A DNA stretch of 64,000 bases, taken from NCBI GenBank assembly GCA_963773065.1, contig CAVYZN010000028.1, positions 67,117 through 131,116 on the forward strand, read 5' to 3'. The translations under genes were made by a program, and so were the position numbers. Positions 45,967-55,785 of this stretch are shown one piece after another. Under the pieces are notes generated by a model that did no database searches, had not been told where the DNA came from, and saw only the letters and a program-made list of their open reading frames with translations. How positions within the stretch are numbered: position 1 is the stretch's first letter; every line of letters begins with the position of its first letter. Source of the DNA: an uncultured Gammaproteobacteria bacterium (GTDB taxonomy: Bacteria; Pseudomonadota; Gammaproteobacteria; UBA9214).

Positions 45967-47985
45967 CTTTCGCAACTCAAGCAGGATTTTGCTGATATTC
46001 GGTGTGATCGCGAGCGTAAGTGCTTGACCTGTAAGGTCTGTGATTTTAATTTTTGGTTGGGTACAGACCTTGGTGCTTGCAAGCTGCGCGAGAGCAGGTA
46101 GTCTTTCTGCATGTACCTGAAGTGTCATCGACGATTCAAGGACGGCAAGGAGCATCGCTACTTCAGCATTGCGGAGAAGCGACGGGTTGCGCGCGGAACG
46201 GTTGATCGACACATCTTGTATCTGGGTGAGATCAACGACTCGCAGCGCGCCGCGTGGCTGAAGCAGATTGAAGTGCTGGATGACCACGCGCAAACGCGCA
46301 CGTTGGCGTTGTTTGCGGACGATGTCAGTGTGCCCCCGCATGCCGCAGCGTGCGGTGTGCAGGTGCGACTGGGTGAATTCCGGTTGCATCGACCACGGCA
46401 GTGGGGTGCGTGTTGGGCGTTTGTGCAGTTGTGGCGGCAACTGAAGTTGGATGAATTCTGGCGACCCCGGCTGGTGGAATCGCGCGAGGGCACGGATTGG
46501 CATCAGGTGTTGATGGTGCTGGTGGCGTATCGACTGATTGATCCGGGCAGCGAGTGGCGTCTGCATCGGGAGTGGTTTGAACGCAGCGCGATGGGCGATG
46601 TGTTGGGAGGAGACGCATCGCTGGCCGCGAAGGACACCTTGTATCGGTGCCTGGACAAGTTGCTGGTGCACAAGGATGAGCTGCAGGTGTTTTTGCAGCA
46701 TCGCTGGCAGGATTTGTTCGGCGCCTCGTTCGATGTGCTGCTGTATGACTTGACGAGCACGTACTTTGAGAGCGATCCGCCGTTTGCCGAGGGCGACAAG
46801 CGCCGCTTCGGGTATTCGCGCGATCATCGGCCGGATTGCGTGCAAGTGGTGATCGCGCTGATTGTCACACCGGAAGGGTTTCCGCTCACCTACGAAGTGC
46901 TGGCGGGCAACACGGCGGACGCGACGACATTACCGCGGTTCCTGGAGCGCATTGAAGCGCTGTACGGCAAGGCGCGCCGTGTCTGGGTGATGGATCGGGG
47001 CATTCCCACGGAGGCGCACCTGGCGCTGATGCGTGAACGCGGTGCCCAGTATTTGGTGGGGACGCCGAAGGGGCGTCTGAATCGACTCGAAGCCGATCTT
47101 GCCGCCTGTGGCTGGCAGCAGGCACGCGAACAGGTGCAGGTAAAGCTCTTGGCGCAGGACGATGAACTCTACGTCTATGTGAAGAGTCAGGCGCGTGTGC
47201 ACAAAGAGCGCGCCATGCGCCAGCAACGGCTGCGGCGCTACCTCGCGCGATTGCACGCGCTCAAGCAGCAACGCCCGCGCTACGACACGCTGCTCACCAA
47301 GCTCGGCGCTGCACAAGCACTTGCTGGGCGAGCGGCCAGTCTGGTCAAACTGCGCTTGCCCGAGGCGCCGGATAAACAGACCCGCACGCAACGTACCGAT
47401 TTCGACTTTCGGCTGGATCGCGCCAGGCTGCGCACGGTGCGCAAGCGCGAAGGCCGCTACCTGCTACGCTCCAACCTCACCGCCACCGATCCGGCGCAAT
47501 TGTGGCAGTTCTATTTGCAACTGGTGGAAGTCGAAGCGGCATTCAAGAATCTGAAAAGCGAATTGGCCATTCGGCCGATCTTCCATCAACGCGAGGATCG
47601 CATCGAAGCGCACATTTTTGTGTGCTTCCTCGCGTACTGCGTGCAAGTCACTCTGAGTCACCAACTCAAACAGCGAGCACCCGGACTTACCGCCCGGCAA
47701 GCACTCGACAAACTCGCTGCCATTCAGATGCTTGACGTGCACTTCCCCACCACCGATGGGCGCGAACTCATCTTCACCCGCCACACCGAGCCCGAAGCCG
47801 ATCAACTACTCGTTCTCGCGCAACTGAAGTGGACACTGCCGCCACAGGCCCCGCCCAGGATTACCGCGAAGAACACGCTGGCGATGCAAAAATAAGTTGG
47901 CAAATGTAGGACAGACCTTTGAGGCTCCCCGCTCGAAATTTCAAGCACTTATCTGTCGCTGCATGGTTGAGTAGCGAAAGTCAGG
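45962..47985 (+). mobile_element. Complete IS1634-family insertion sequence
   Basis: Terminal IRs CCTGACTTTCGCAACTCAA and TTGAGTAGCGAAAGTCAGG (18/19 match); host gene resumes after the right end. Confidence 0.92.
46111..47895 (+). CDS. IS1634-family DDE transposase
   Basis: LLYDLTSTYFE, GYSRDHRPD..QV, VMDRG, VEAAFKNLK..RPIFHQ..RIEAH. Confidence 0.93.
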   Translation: MYLKCHRRFKDGKEHRYFSIAEKRRVARGTVDRHILYLGEINDSQRAAWLKQIEVLDDHAQTRTLALFADDVSVPPHAAACGVQVRLGEFRLHRPRQWGACWAFVQLWRQLKLDEFWRPRLVESREGTDWHQVLMVLVAYRLIDPGSEWRLHREWFERSAMGDVLGGDASLAAKDTLYRCLDKLLVHKDELQVFLQHRWQDLFGASFDVLLYDLTSTYFESDPPFAEGDKRRFGYSRDHRPDCVQVVIALIVTPEGFPLTYEVLAGNTADATTLPRFLERIEALYGKARRVWVMDRGIPTEAHLALMRERGAQYLVGTPKGRLNRLEADLAACGWQQAREQVQVKLLAQDDELYVYVKSQARVHKERAMRQQRLRRYLARLHALKQQRPRYDTLLTKLGAAQALAGRAASLVKLRLPEAPDKQTRTQRTDFDFRLDRARLRTVRKREGRYLLRSNLTATDPAQLWQFYLQLVEVEAAFKNLKSELAIRPIFHQREDRIEAHIFVCFLAYCVQVTLSHQLKQRAPGLTARQALDKLAAIQMLDVHFPTTDGRELIFTRHTEPEADQLLVLAQLKWTLPPQAPPRITAKNTLAMQK

Positions 47986-48099
47986 CTAAGGGGCTGTACG
48001 CCAGCCTGTATCGCGGCGCCCAGCATTGACCGCCGCCATAGGCAATCGCAGTAAGCGTCCTACATGCCCGCGCCAGGCCACGGGGACGCCGTCCGGTTT

Positions 48100-48978
48100 T
48101 CAGGGGGATACGTCAACACCAATTTGGGTGCGCACGTCGAACAGCTCCGGAAAGAAGTTTGTTTCGGCGATCTTCCTCAGATAGTGGACGCCGGCGGAAC
48201 CCCCGGTGCCGCGTTGGTAACCGATGATCCGTTCCACGGTTTTCATATGCCGGAAGCGCCACAACTGGAACTGCATTTGCAAATCCACCAGCTTTTCACA
48301 CAGGGCATAAGCCTCCCAATTGCGTTCCGGATCGGCGTATATCCCCTTCAGCACGGCCACTATTTGCTCATTGCGTTCATGCGGCCGGCTCCAATCGCGT
48401 TCCACACAGGCATCCGGCACGGCATAGCCACGACGCGCCAGATGGCGCAGGAATTCATCATAGAGACTGGGGGTCAACAACGCCTCACTGACCTGCCGGT
48501 ATAGCGCCGCGTCATGCTCAAACATCGCCAGCATGTCGGCGTCCTTGTTGCCCAGCAGGTATTCGATCATCCGGTACTGGGCCGACTGGAAACCCGAGGC
48601 GGTCCCCAGCACGTGGCGAAACTGCGCATACTCGCTCGGCAGCAGCGTCTCCAGCACCGCCCATTGTTCGAAAAGCTGCCGCTGGATCAGCCGGACGCGG
48701 GCCAGGATATTGAAACAGGGTTCCAACTCATCCGCGCGGATATAGCGGATGACCGCGCGCAGTTCGTGCAGGATCAATTTCATCCACAGTTCGCTGGTCT
48801 GATGCTGAATGATGAACAGCAGTTCATCATGGTGCGGTGGATCGCTCAACGGCCGCTGCGCGTTGAGCAATCGGTCGAGCCGCAGGTAACTGGAGTAGGT
48901 CACCTTATCCGCCGCCCCGGAGGGCGCCTGCCGTTCCGGCATGGGGGGTTTTTCCGCTGAATCCAACATTGTTTTCAC
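48100..48978 (-). CDS. kynA: Tryptophan 2,3-dioxygenase
   Basis: [44 protein letters not shown]. Confidence 0.93.
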   Translation of the reverse strand: MKTMLDSAEKPPMPERQAPSGAADKVTYSSYLRLDRLLNAQRPLSDPPHHDELLFIIQHQTSELWMKLILHELRAVIRYIRADELEPCFNILARVRLIQRQLFEQWAVLETLLPSEYAQFRHVLGTASGFQSAQYRMIEYLLGNKDADMLAMFEHDAALYRQVSEALLTPSLYDEFLRHLARRGYAVPDACVERDWSRPHERNEQIVAVLKGIYADPERNWEAYALCEKLVDLQMQFQLWRFRHMKTVERIIGYQRGTGGSAGVHYLRKIAETNFFPELFDVRTQIGVDVSP

Positions 48979-49134
48979 GGTTTACGTTTGCATCCTGCGC
49001 CAAATCCCTTGACCGCTCGATCGGCTATAGTTCTATAAACTAGTTTAACGGTAATTTCAACTGCGGTGATGCGCCGCCATCACGGCGTATCAGACGCCGC
49101 GTAGCGACCCGCGCCGATGTGAGGACAGTGGCCA

Positions 49135-49815
49135 ATGGAAGCAAGAGCGCATACCTGGTTTGAAAGTTCCGACACGGTGACGATGTTCCCGACGCATGTC
49201 TGGAGAACACAACTCGCACCGGAACGTCACCGGTTCATCGCCGCCGTGATGCTGGCGCTGCTTGAAGAGCAGCGGCGCGACCAGCGCCCGCTGGCGCCGG
49301 CTGAGGCCTGGCAGTCCGCACAGGCGCTGCACGAACTTCCGGAGCTTAAGCCGCTGGTTGGCTGCATCAATGCCGCCGCGGAAAACGTCCTGGAAATCCT
49401 CAGGATCGGCTATGACGCCTTCGAGATCACCGGCTGCTGGGCCAATATCTACGCGGTCGGCGCCAGCCACAGAATCCACAATCATCCGAATAACTTCCTG
49501 AGCGGCGTCTACTACGTCATGACCCAGCCCGGAGCGGATTCCATCAATTTTCATGACCCGAGGACACAGACCGGCATCATCCGCCCGCCGGTCACCGAAC
49601 TGACCGCCGCTAATACCGATCAGGTCGTGCTCAGGGTGCGCAACGGCACACTGCTCCTGTTCCCCTCCTACCTGCAGCATTCCGTCGATCTCAACCGCAG
49701 CGACGCCCCGCGCATCAGCGTAAGTTTCAACATCATGTTTTCCGGATTCACCGCCGCCATGAGCAAACCGCTGTGGACGCCGACACCCGCTGCAAGCCGT
49801 GATCCGCACCGATGA
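49135..49815 (+). CDS. Putative 2OG-Fe(II) oxygenase (TIGR02466-like)
   Basis: WAN, HNHPNNFLSGVYY, F.DPR, LFPSYLQHSV, RISVSFN. Confidence 0.85.
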   Translation: MEARAHTWFESSDTVTMFPTHVWRTQLAPERHRFIAAVMLALLEEQRRDQRPLAPAEAWQSAQALHELPELKPLVGCINAAAENVLEILRIGYDAFEITGCWANIYAVGASHRIHNHPNNFLSGVYYVMTQPGADSINFHDPRTQTGIIRPPVTELTAANTDQVVLRVRNGTLLLFPSYLQHSVDLNRSDAPRISVSFNIMFSGFTAAMSKPLWTPTPAASRDPHR

Positions 49816-50050
49816 TCAGCTATCGCCTGCTTAAGGCAGGCGCCGAGGCGGTGGCGAACGGCTTGCAGCGACACGGGCTGCAGCCGGAAGAGACGGTCGT
49901 CCTCATGCTGCCGACGGGGAAAGCGTACTTTTTCAGTTTCTTCGGGGTGCTGATGGCGGGCGGCATCCCGGTGCACATCTACCCTCCCCTCCGGACGGAA
50001 GCCGATGCCGGCCGGCAGGCCACCGCCTGGCAAGCCGCGGTGGCGCTGCG
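49812..50050 (+). pseudogene. Fragment of fatty acyl-AMP ligase / AMP-binding enzyme
   Basis: ISY..L..GA.AVA.GL...GLQP.ETV.LMLPTG..YF.SFFG.L.AGGIPV.IYPP, then degenerates. Confidence 0.65.
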
Positions 50051-50329
50051 CAACGGCGCGCACGCCTTTATTCTGCGCCACTGTGGTGAGCCGGATCTGG
50101 CCGGCGTGGATAAACATCCCGAATCCTCCCTGCGCTGAGCGTACGCGCATGGGTCCTGCCGGTACAGGAGATGCAGTGCAAATCGGAATCGAACGACACG
50201 GAGCGTAGCGGAGAGAACGGTGGGAGCCGGCATGAAGGGCAAGTCTCGGCCAACTCCTGCCATATATTAAACACCGATGAACGGCAGTTTCATGCTGAAT
50301 GCGGGCATTGTGTAGGTTATTGATATAAC

Positions 50330-51085
50330 CTAACCTGGTTTGATTGCCTTAAACAGCGCTCCAGTCGTATTGGTTGCAGTTCGATAACCCGTATAACCAG
50401 CCAGTTCCACATCGACAAATCCGGCCTTGGATAGCATTGATAGGAACGTGTCGGACTCCAGGGTACCGGATACACAATCGGCCCATGACTCTTCACCACT
50501 ACAACAAGCGTCATCCTCAATGGACGGATGGCGTACCATATCAGCAATCTGTAAACGACCGCCAGGGCGCAGTACCCGGAACACTTCCTCCAGTACGGCG
50601 TCCTTGTCCTCAGCGAGATTGATTGCACCATTGGATATAACGGCATCGGCAGTACCATCCGGCAGTGGTAGTTTCGTCATCTCAGCCTCCTGAAATACCG
50701 CCTGCGGAAATCCGGATGCATTTGCATTTTCACTGGCCTTTGCAACCATCGCGGACGTGCAATCTATACCGAAAACCTTTCCCTTTTTCCCAACCAGCAT
50801 CGCTGCGATACAAACATCGGCACCCGCGCCACAGCCAATGTCGACAACGGTTTCCCCTGCTTGAATTGGGCCCAGACTAAATGGATTACCAACCGCAGCG
50901 GCTGATTCCCAGACAATATCCGGTAAGCGATTCAGCCACTCCTCGTCATAGCCCAGGGTACGGGCATTCTCCTTGCCTTTCGCCCAGCCAAAATCCTTTT
51001 CTGGGTGTTGTGCCAACTCGGTGTATAACAAACGAACCTGTTCGAGTGGATTATCAGACGTGCAATTGTTGTCGCATTTACTCAT
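50330..51085 (-). CDS. ArsM-like SAM-dependent methyltransferase
   Basis: GNPF.LG, VVDIGCGAG.D, VISNGAINL, LRPGGRL, W..CV.G. Confidence 0.85.
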   Translation of the reverse strand: MSKCDNNCTSDNPLEQVRLLYTELAQHPEKDFGWAKGKENARTLGYDEEWLNRLPDIVWESAAAVGNPFSLGPIQAGETVVDIGCGAGADVCIAAMLVGKKGKVFGIDCTSAMVAKASENANASGFPQAVFQEAEMTKLPLPDGTADAVISNGAINLAEDKDAVLEEVFRVLRPGGRLQIADMVRHPSIEDDACCSGEESWADCVSGTLESDTFLSMLSKAGFVDVELAGYTGYRTATNTTGALFKAIKPG

Positions 51086-51108
51086 AACTTTATTATGCGA
51101 TGGCTTTT

Positions 51109-51912
51109 TTAAACCGGCTTGATCGCTTCAATGTACGCGGAGACAACGTAATCTTCCAGGCCGCTACCCGGTACCCAATCCCTGATGAATTCACGCGACT
51201 CATCTTTGGGAGTAATACGAATCTCGCTGAAGCCCACACCTTCAAGTATCGTCTGTAATTCATCAACACGGGCTGCTCCGGCAACACAGCAAGCATGGAG
51301 GTGAGGGTCTTCTCGTACCTCGTTGGGCAATTCGGCAGTGGCCACCACATCAGATATGGCCAACCGGCCGCGCGGCTTCAGCACCCTGAATGCCTCGCGG
51401 AAAACCTGGGTCTTGTCCGGGGAAAGGTTAATCACACAGTTTGAGATGATCACGTCCACGCAGCCGTCGGCGACTGGCAGGTACTCAATTTCTCCAAGTC
51501 GGAATTCCACATTTCTGAGGCCAGCCTTTTCGGCATTGCGCCTTGCCTTACTCACCATGGCGGGTGTCATATCCACGCCGATCACCTGGCCATGCTTTCC
51601 CACCTCGCGTGCAGCAAGAAATGCGTCAAAGCCGCCGCCGCTGCCCAAATCCAGAACTACCTCATCGGCTTGCAAACTGGCAATGGCGCGTGGGTTGCCG
51701 CAGCCAAGCCCCATATCAGCGCCATCCGGAATATTGTTGAGGTCATCCTCTGAATAGCCAAGACGTGTGGAATGCACCGAATTGATGTCGGCAGATACCC
51801 CGCAGCAACCGGATTCCACACCACAACCTTCACCAACGTCGCTGGCTTCAGCAACTTTGGCGTAGCTGTCTCGCACCGATTGCCGAATGTCATCTGCCTG
51901 TTTCTGGCTCAT
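51109..51912 (-). CDS. arsM: Arsenite methyltransferase
   Basis: N-terminal GCC, MGLGCGNP, LDLGSGGGFD, IISNCVINLSPDK, CCVAGA. Confidence 0.9.
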   Translation of the reverse strand: MSQKQADDIRQSVRDSYAKVAEASDVGEGCGVESGCCGVSADINSVHSTRLGYSEDDLNNIPDGADMGLGCGNPRAIASLQADEVVLDLGSGGGFDAFLAAREVGKHGQVIGVDMTPAMVSKARRNAEKAGLRNVEFRLGEIEYLPVADGCVDVIISNCVINLSPDKTQVFREAFRVLKPRGRLAISDVVATAELPNEVREDPHLHACCVAGAARVDELQTILEGVGFSEIRITPKDESREFIRDWVPGSGLEDYVVSAYIEAIKPV

Positions 51913-52073
51913 CTTTCCTCCTCGCCGATATGACGATGTTCCGCTTTGGTAATTTGCCTAAACAAGGTACCTTAATTAAAGCAGGCTTGTCATCGTTATT
52001 TGAACAACGGTCGGATTCAGACACTGGGGCGCGAATGTCTGATTAGACACACCTACAAGGCATTCAATGATGT

Positions 52074-52445
52074 TCATGATCTCAACGTATACGCCTTGAC
52101 CGGAGTTTCGATCCCCTTCAATTGGTAAGTGCGGCCTTCTGACGCCGGGAAAAGGTCTGCCACCTGTCGATATACTTCTTCCGTAACGAGGATCTCCCCT
52201 GGTTTCGCTGCTCCCTGGATGCGCGAGGCCATATTCACCACAGGGCCTATAATCGTAAAATCTTTGTACGCCGTGCCAACCTCTCCAATGGAAGCGAGGC
52301 CAGTATGAATCCCCACACCAACACCGACGGGGCATGCGTTGCCATCCCCCTTGATCACCTTTAATTTCTTTTTCTCCGAACATTTTCTCTGTAGCTCTGT
52401 CGCTGCTAAAACAGCCTGCCGGACATGGTCTTCACGCATGATGGG
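52074..52445 (-). pseudogene. C-terminal fragment of class III adenylate/guanylate cyclase
   Basis: GVGIHTG..GEVG..DFTIIGPVVNMASRIQ..LKG; N-terminus absent. Confidence 0.75.
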
Positions 52446-52710
52446 CTGCACGGCGCGCGCCGATCGCGTCCTCCGTCACGAAGATCTCCTGCCCCTGCTC
52501 CGCCAGTCCCAGGGCGGTCTGCAGGATGCACACATGGGACTCGATGCCGGCCAGCACGACCTGCCCTCGCCTGTCGGCATCGAGGGCCTGGCGGAAAGCG
52601 GGCGCGGCCGCGGAGGAGAAACACGTCTTGTCGATCGGCGTCATGCCTTCCGGCAGGTGAGCGGCGATGGCCGCCACCGTAGCGCCCAGCCCTTGCGGGT
52701 GCTTCCTCGG
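52446..52710 (-). pseudogene. Internal fragment of isochorismatase-family hydrolase
   Basis: HPQGLG.TV, KTCFS, VVLAGIESHVCILQT..DAIG.R. Confidence 0.75.
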
Positions 52711-52723
52711 TGGTTATGCTTTC

Positions 52724-53017
52724 TCACCTCAGTTTCTTGCGAATCCATGCGGGATTCCGCCGGCAATCGAGCACGGTATAAACCACCACTTGGTCTTTGG
52801 CGACTTTGTAATAAATCGCAAAGGGGAAACGTTTCGAGAGCATTCGATGGTATCCGCCGAAGTAGATGGGATGGACACCCGCGTTCAAAATCAATGAATC
52901 GATATCTGAGAACAGCGAATCCATGAAATAGGCGCCTATTCCCTCCGCTTGTTTCTCGTAGAACTCATAACCTTCGCGCAGGTCTTGAAGCGCGCTCGAA
53001 AGTATCCTGATTTTCAT
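52724..53017 (-). CDS. RelE/ParE-family toxin
   Basis: ALQDL..GY.FYE.Q..G.G.YF, KRFPFAIYY, AVLD-like CRRNP. Confidence 0.88.
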   Translation of the reverse strand: MKIRILSSALQDLREGYEFYEKQAEGIGAYFMDSLFSDIDSLILNAGVHPIYFGGYHRMLSKRFPFAIYYKVAKDQVVVYTVLDCRRNPAWIRKKLR

Positions 53018-53232
53018 CAAGTATCTTTCTTGAGTGCTTTCTTTGCGACATCCCAATCGATGGTTTGTTCGATCCCTTCTTCTAATGCTTTATCGCGATC
53101 TTCGAGAATGCCCCTATGCCATTCCGGTGAGGGAACACTTTCAGCATGACTTACCAGGTCATCCCAGATTTCTTCCATTGTTTTAATTTTTTCCTCGATT
53201 GACATATCTTTTAATGGCAGACTTTGACCCAT
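53017..53232 (-). CDS. Addiction-module antitoxin
   Basis: MS.EEKI..ME.IWDDL, SPEWH..IL..R, DW..AKK; overlaps toxin start. Confidence 0.88.
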   Translation of the reverse strand: MGQSLPLKDMSIEEKIKTMEEIWDDLVSHAESVPSPEWHRGILEDRDKALEEGIEQTIDWDVAKKALKKDT

Positions 53233-53260
53233 AATCCTACTCCTCTAATGTTCTTCAAAA

Positions 53261-53339
53261 AGAAAACGCCTTGCATCAGCCGACCGCTTGGAGCGGAAGC
53301 GAAGCCGTAGTGGAAAGTGGATCGGCTGCATGCATTTGT
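53261..53339 (-). mobile_element. Integron attC site, R'' interrupted
   Basis: Minus strand (A)AC-AAATG-CATGCAG-CCGA...TCGG-CTGATG-CAAGGC-GTT: 5/6-nt spacers and an extra-helical base in L''. Confidence 0.7.
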
Positions 53340-53400
53340 GTACACCCGGCATGGGCATGAACTGATGGGGTGAAAGTACCCTGTAGGATTACCTGATCAT
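53340..53400 (+). mobile_element. 5' remnant of probable group IIC intron
   Basis: GTACACCCGGCATGGGCATGAACTGATGGGGTGAAAGTACCCT resembles the GTGCGCCCGGCATGGG intron start; begins right after TTGT. Confidence 0.55.
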
Positions 53401-53599
53401 CACGAGTGAGTATAACCATGATGATGAAAACGACTGAACCATTCAAGTGTTCTGACCCTTTGATCGGCGTGAACGAACACCAGCCCGCTGCCTGGCACTA
53501 TTCTCGTACCACAGTGGCCGGCGGGAGAACCGCGATGGCGCAAACCGACTTGTTCCAGGAAACCTTGCGACAAGGATTCCGCAGTACGGCCCAAGAAGG

Positions 53600-54158
53600 G
53601 GGACCGCTCCTTCAGTGAGTCCTGCGATTGGCAACGGAATGCGAGCATCGCCCGACATGGCCATGAGCGCTTCAGTGCTGATGATGACGGGTTACAAAGC
53701 AGCGGCGGACCTCCTGGTCGAGCGCGCAGTCCGATTCAGGGGTACGACCGCGATACGCTGGTCTTCCCCATCGTATTCAACTACCGCCATTTCATCGAGC
53801 TGTCGTTGAAGTACCCGATCGCTACTTACGGCCGCACCCGTCAACGTGGAGCCGAATTGGAACAGCCACGACCTCGCAGAGCTATGGCGCACTTTCAAAC
53901 GCATTCTTAGGGAGTATGGCGACGACGATCCGGAGCAAATCGACCAAGCTATCGAACACATCATTGCGGTGTTCGCCAAGGTCGACCCGAATCATTCGCT
54001 TACAGGTATCCGGTAGATCGTGACGGGAATCTCCTTGAGCTCGGGCAGAGTGAGCTGGACCTGCAATCGCTCGCGGACGTCATGAAGGCGTTGAGTACTT
54101 CACCGGCTGCGACGGTTGGCTGGATGACCTGCAAAGCAATCAGCCTACTGAATTCTGA
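53600..54158 (+). pseudogene. Frameshifted hypothetical protein (possibly HEPN-like)
   Basis: Pieces TLVFPIVFNYRHFIELSLK, NSHDLAELW, KVDP..YRYPVDRDG. Confidence 0.5.
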
Positions 54159-54287
54159 GAAGGACGTTCCGGGTACGCCTTATTGGTTCGGTGAGTTGTC
54201 GTCAGCGTGCAATTCTGCGATCCCGCAGTACCCGCAAAGGATGCGCAACACGAACCATAGTAATGACTGAGCTGGCCAGCAAGGAGA

Positions 54288-54305
54288 GCGTATAGGAAGC
54301 ATAAC
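54288..54305 (-). mobile_element. oriIS end of ISCR/IS91-family element
   Basis: Minus strand GTTATGCTTCCTATACGC resembles the ISCR oriIS (..CTTCCTATACCC), ~200 nt downstream of tnp. Confidence 0.7.
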
Positions 54306-54503
54306 CCCCCATTCTGATGAATGACAAGCTTGCCAAGTGCTGGTTGGTTTGGGCAGGTGGAGCAAAACTACCCAGATGTGGGCTGTATTTGGCGAACGTT
54401 GCGGTGGTTGAGCGAGGGGTATCTGTCATTTTCCAAGTCCCGGTCGAACGAAACCCTGCCGGGTCCGGGAACGGCAGCATCCGTGCGGGGAAGAGCGGGA
54501 CGG

Positions 54504-55460
54504 TCAGAGGGTGTCGAACAGTCCCACCTGCGGGGGTGCCCGGGGTTCGGGTAACGCGTCGGGTTCGGTTGTTGGTGCGAGCCTGTCCAGGTGGTCGAGA
54601 ATCCTGCGGATGACGCCGGGGTCCTCGATGCAGGCGAGAGCCTGCCCCGCGAGCGCAGCGAGTGCTTTGGGCATGATCTTGACGGCGCCGCCGCAGGCCT
54701 GACAGGTCTCGATATCGATGCTGAATACCCGCTTGAGCCGTTGAGCCCAAGTCATGGCGGCATGGCGCTCGGCCGGAGTTCGGGTTTCCTCCTGTTCGGT
54801 TACTTTGTGCTTTTGCCCTTTGCCGCGCCCGGCCGGGGTGATCAGTGCCCGATGTTGACTGTTGGGTGCGAACACGCCATGAAATCGGGTGAGATTGACG
54901 CGGGGCCTGGGTACCAGGGCCGCCAGCCGGGCGATGAAATCGAGTGACTCGAAGATCACGTGGGTAGTGCCATCACGCCAGGGGGTTTTGAGCGTGTAGC
55001 GGACGTTGCCGTGTTCAGTGAGTGAGAGGCGTTTTTCAGAGACTGCGGGTCGAGTGATGTATCGACACAGGCGTTCGAGCTTGTTGCGCTCGTGGGCCTT
55101 GGCTGCGACCCCGGCATGCAGCGAGAAACCGGCGACGTTGCCCGCCCGGGTGGTGAACGGTTCATCGATGGCGGGTAGTGATTGCAGGGTCAACACCTTG
55201 CGTCCTCGGCGGGAACCGGTGGCGATGCGGTAGGTGATGGAATGGCCGATCAGGGTATCCATGGGATCGTCACCCCCGGTGTCGGCGGTCAGATAGGCGG
55301 CCTCATCATCCCGCACCAACAGCCCTTGGCGCTCAAGGAAGCGGCCCACGCGCCGGGCGATGGTATGGCTCAGTTGCGTGAGTTCCGTACGGGTGGGCGC
55401 CTTGACCCAGCGAAAGCTGGGGCCTGCCCGGGCATCCACATAGACGCCATCGAGGGCCCA
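54504..55460 (-). pseudogene. 5'-truncated IS91/ISCR (Y2) transposase
   Basis: LDGVY, FSLHAG, LERLCRYITRP, PRPRVNLTRFHGVFAPNS, MTWAQRLKRVF; N-terminal Zn domain and HUH motif missing. Confidence 0.85.
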
Positions 55461-55785
55461 GGCCGCAGCGTCCGTCGGTGTGTCAAAGAATTGCAGTTTC
55501 ATCGTTGGTCTCCTTGTTTCAGATTTGTTTGCGCGATTGCGGGACAGAACACAGCCGCCGGAAAACTACGGGACGCAAGGCGGCGTGCCAGCGAACTGAG
55601 CGGGTAGCGAAGCAACACGGGAGCGGCCAGCACGCCCTCGCCCCGGCCTTGCAGACCGGAGGACGGCGGCTAGAAGTCCGGCAAAAATGAGCGCGAACCT
55701 GAATAAGGAAAGCGATGACACGAACCTGACAGCGACGCGATGCGTTAAAGCCAAGCGGTAGTGAATGGAAACCCTCCACCAACGG

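Noticed and set aside
44182-46845. 887-aa minus-strand ORF, and similar long antisense ORFs (55761..58310, 29804..31648, 23345..25057)
   Set aside because: Shadow ORFs opposite well-supported genes in high-GC DNA; the first even crosses the IS boundary
50330-51912. Selenocysteine in the ArsM-like genes
   Set aside because: No in-frame TGA; the candidate position is a Cys codon
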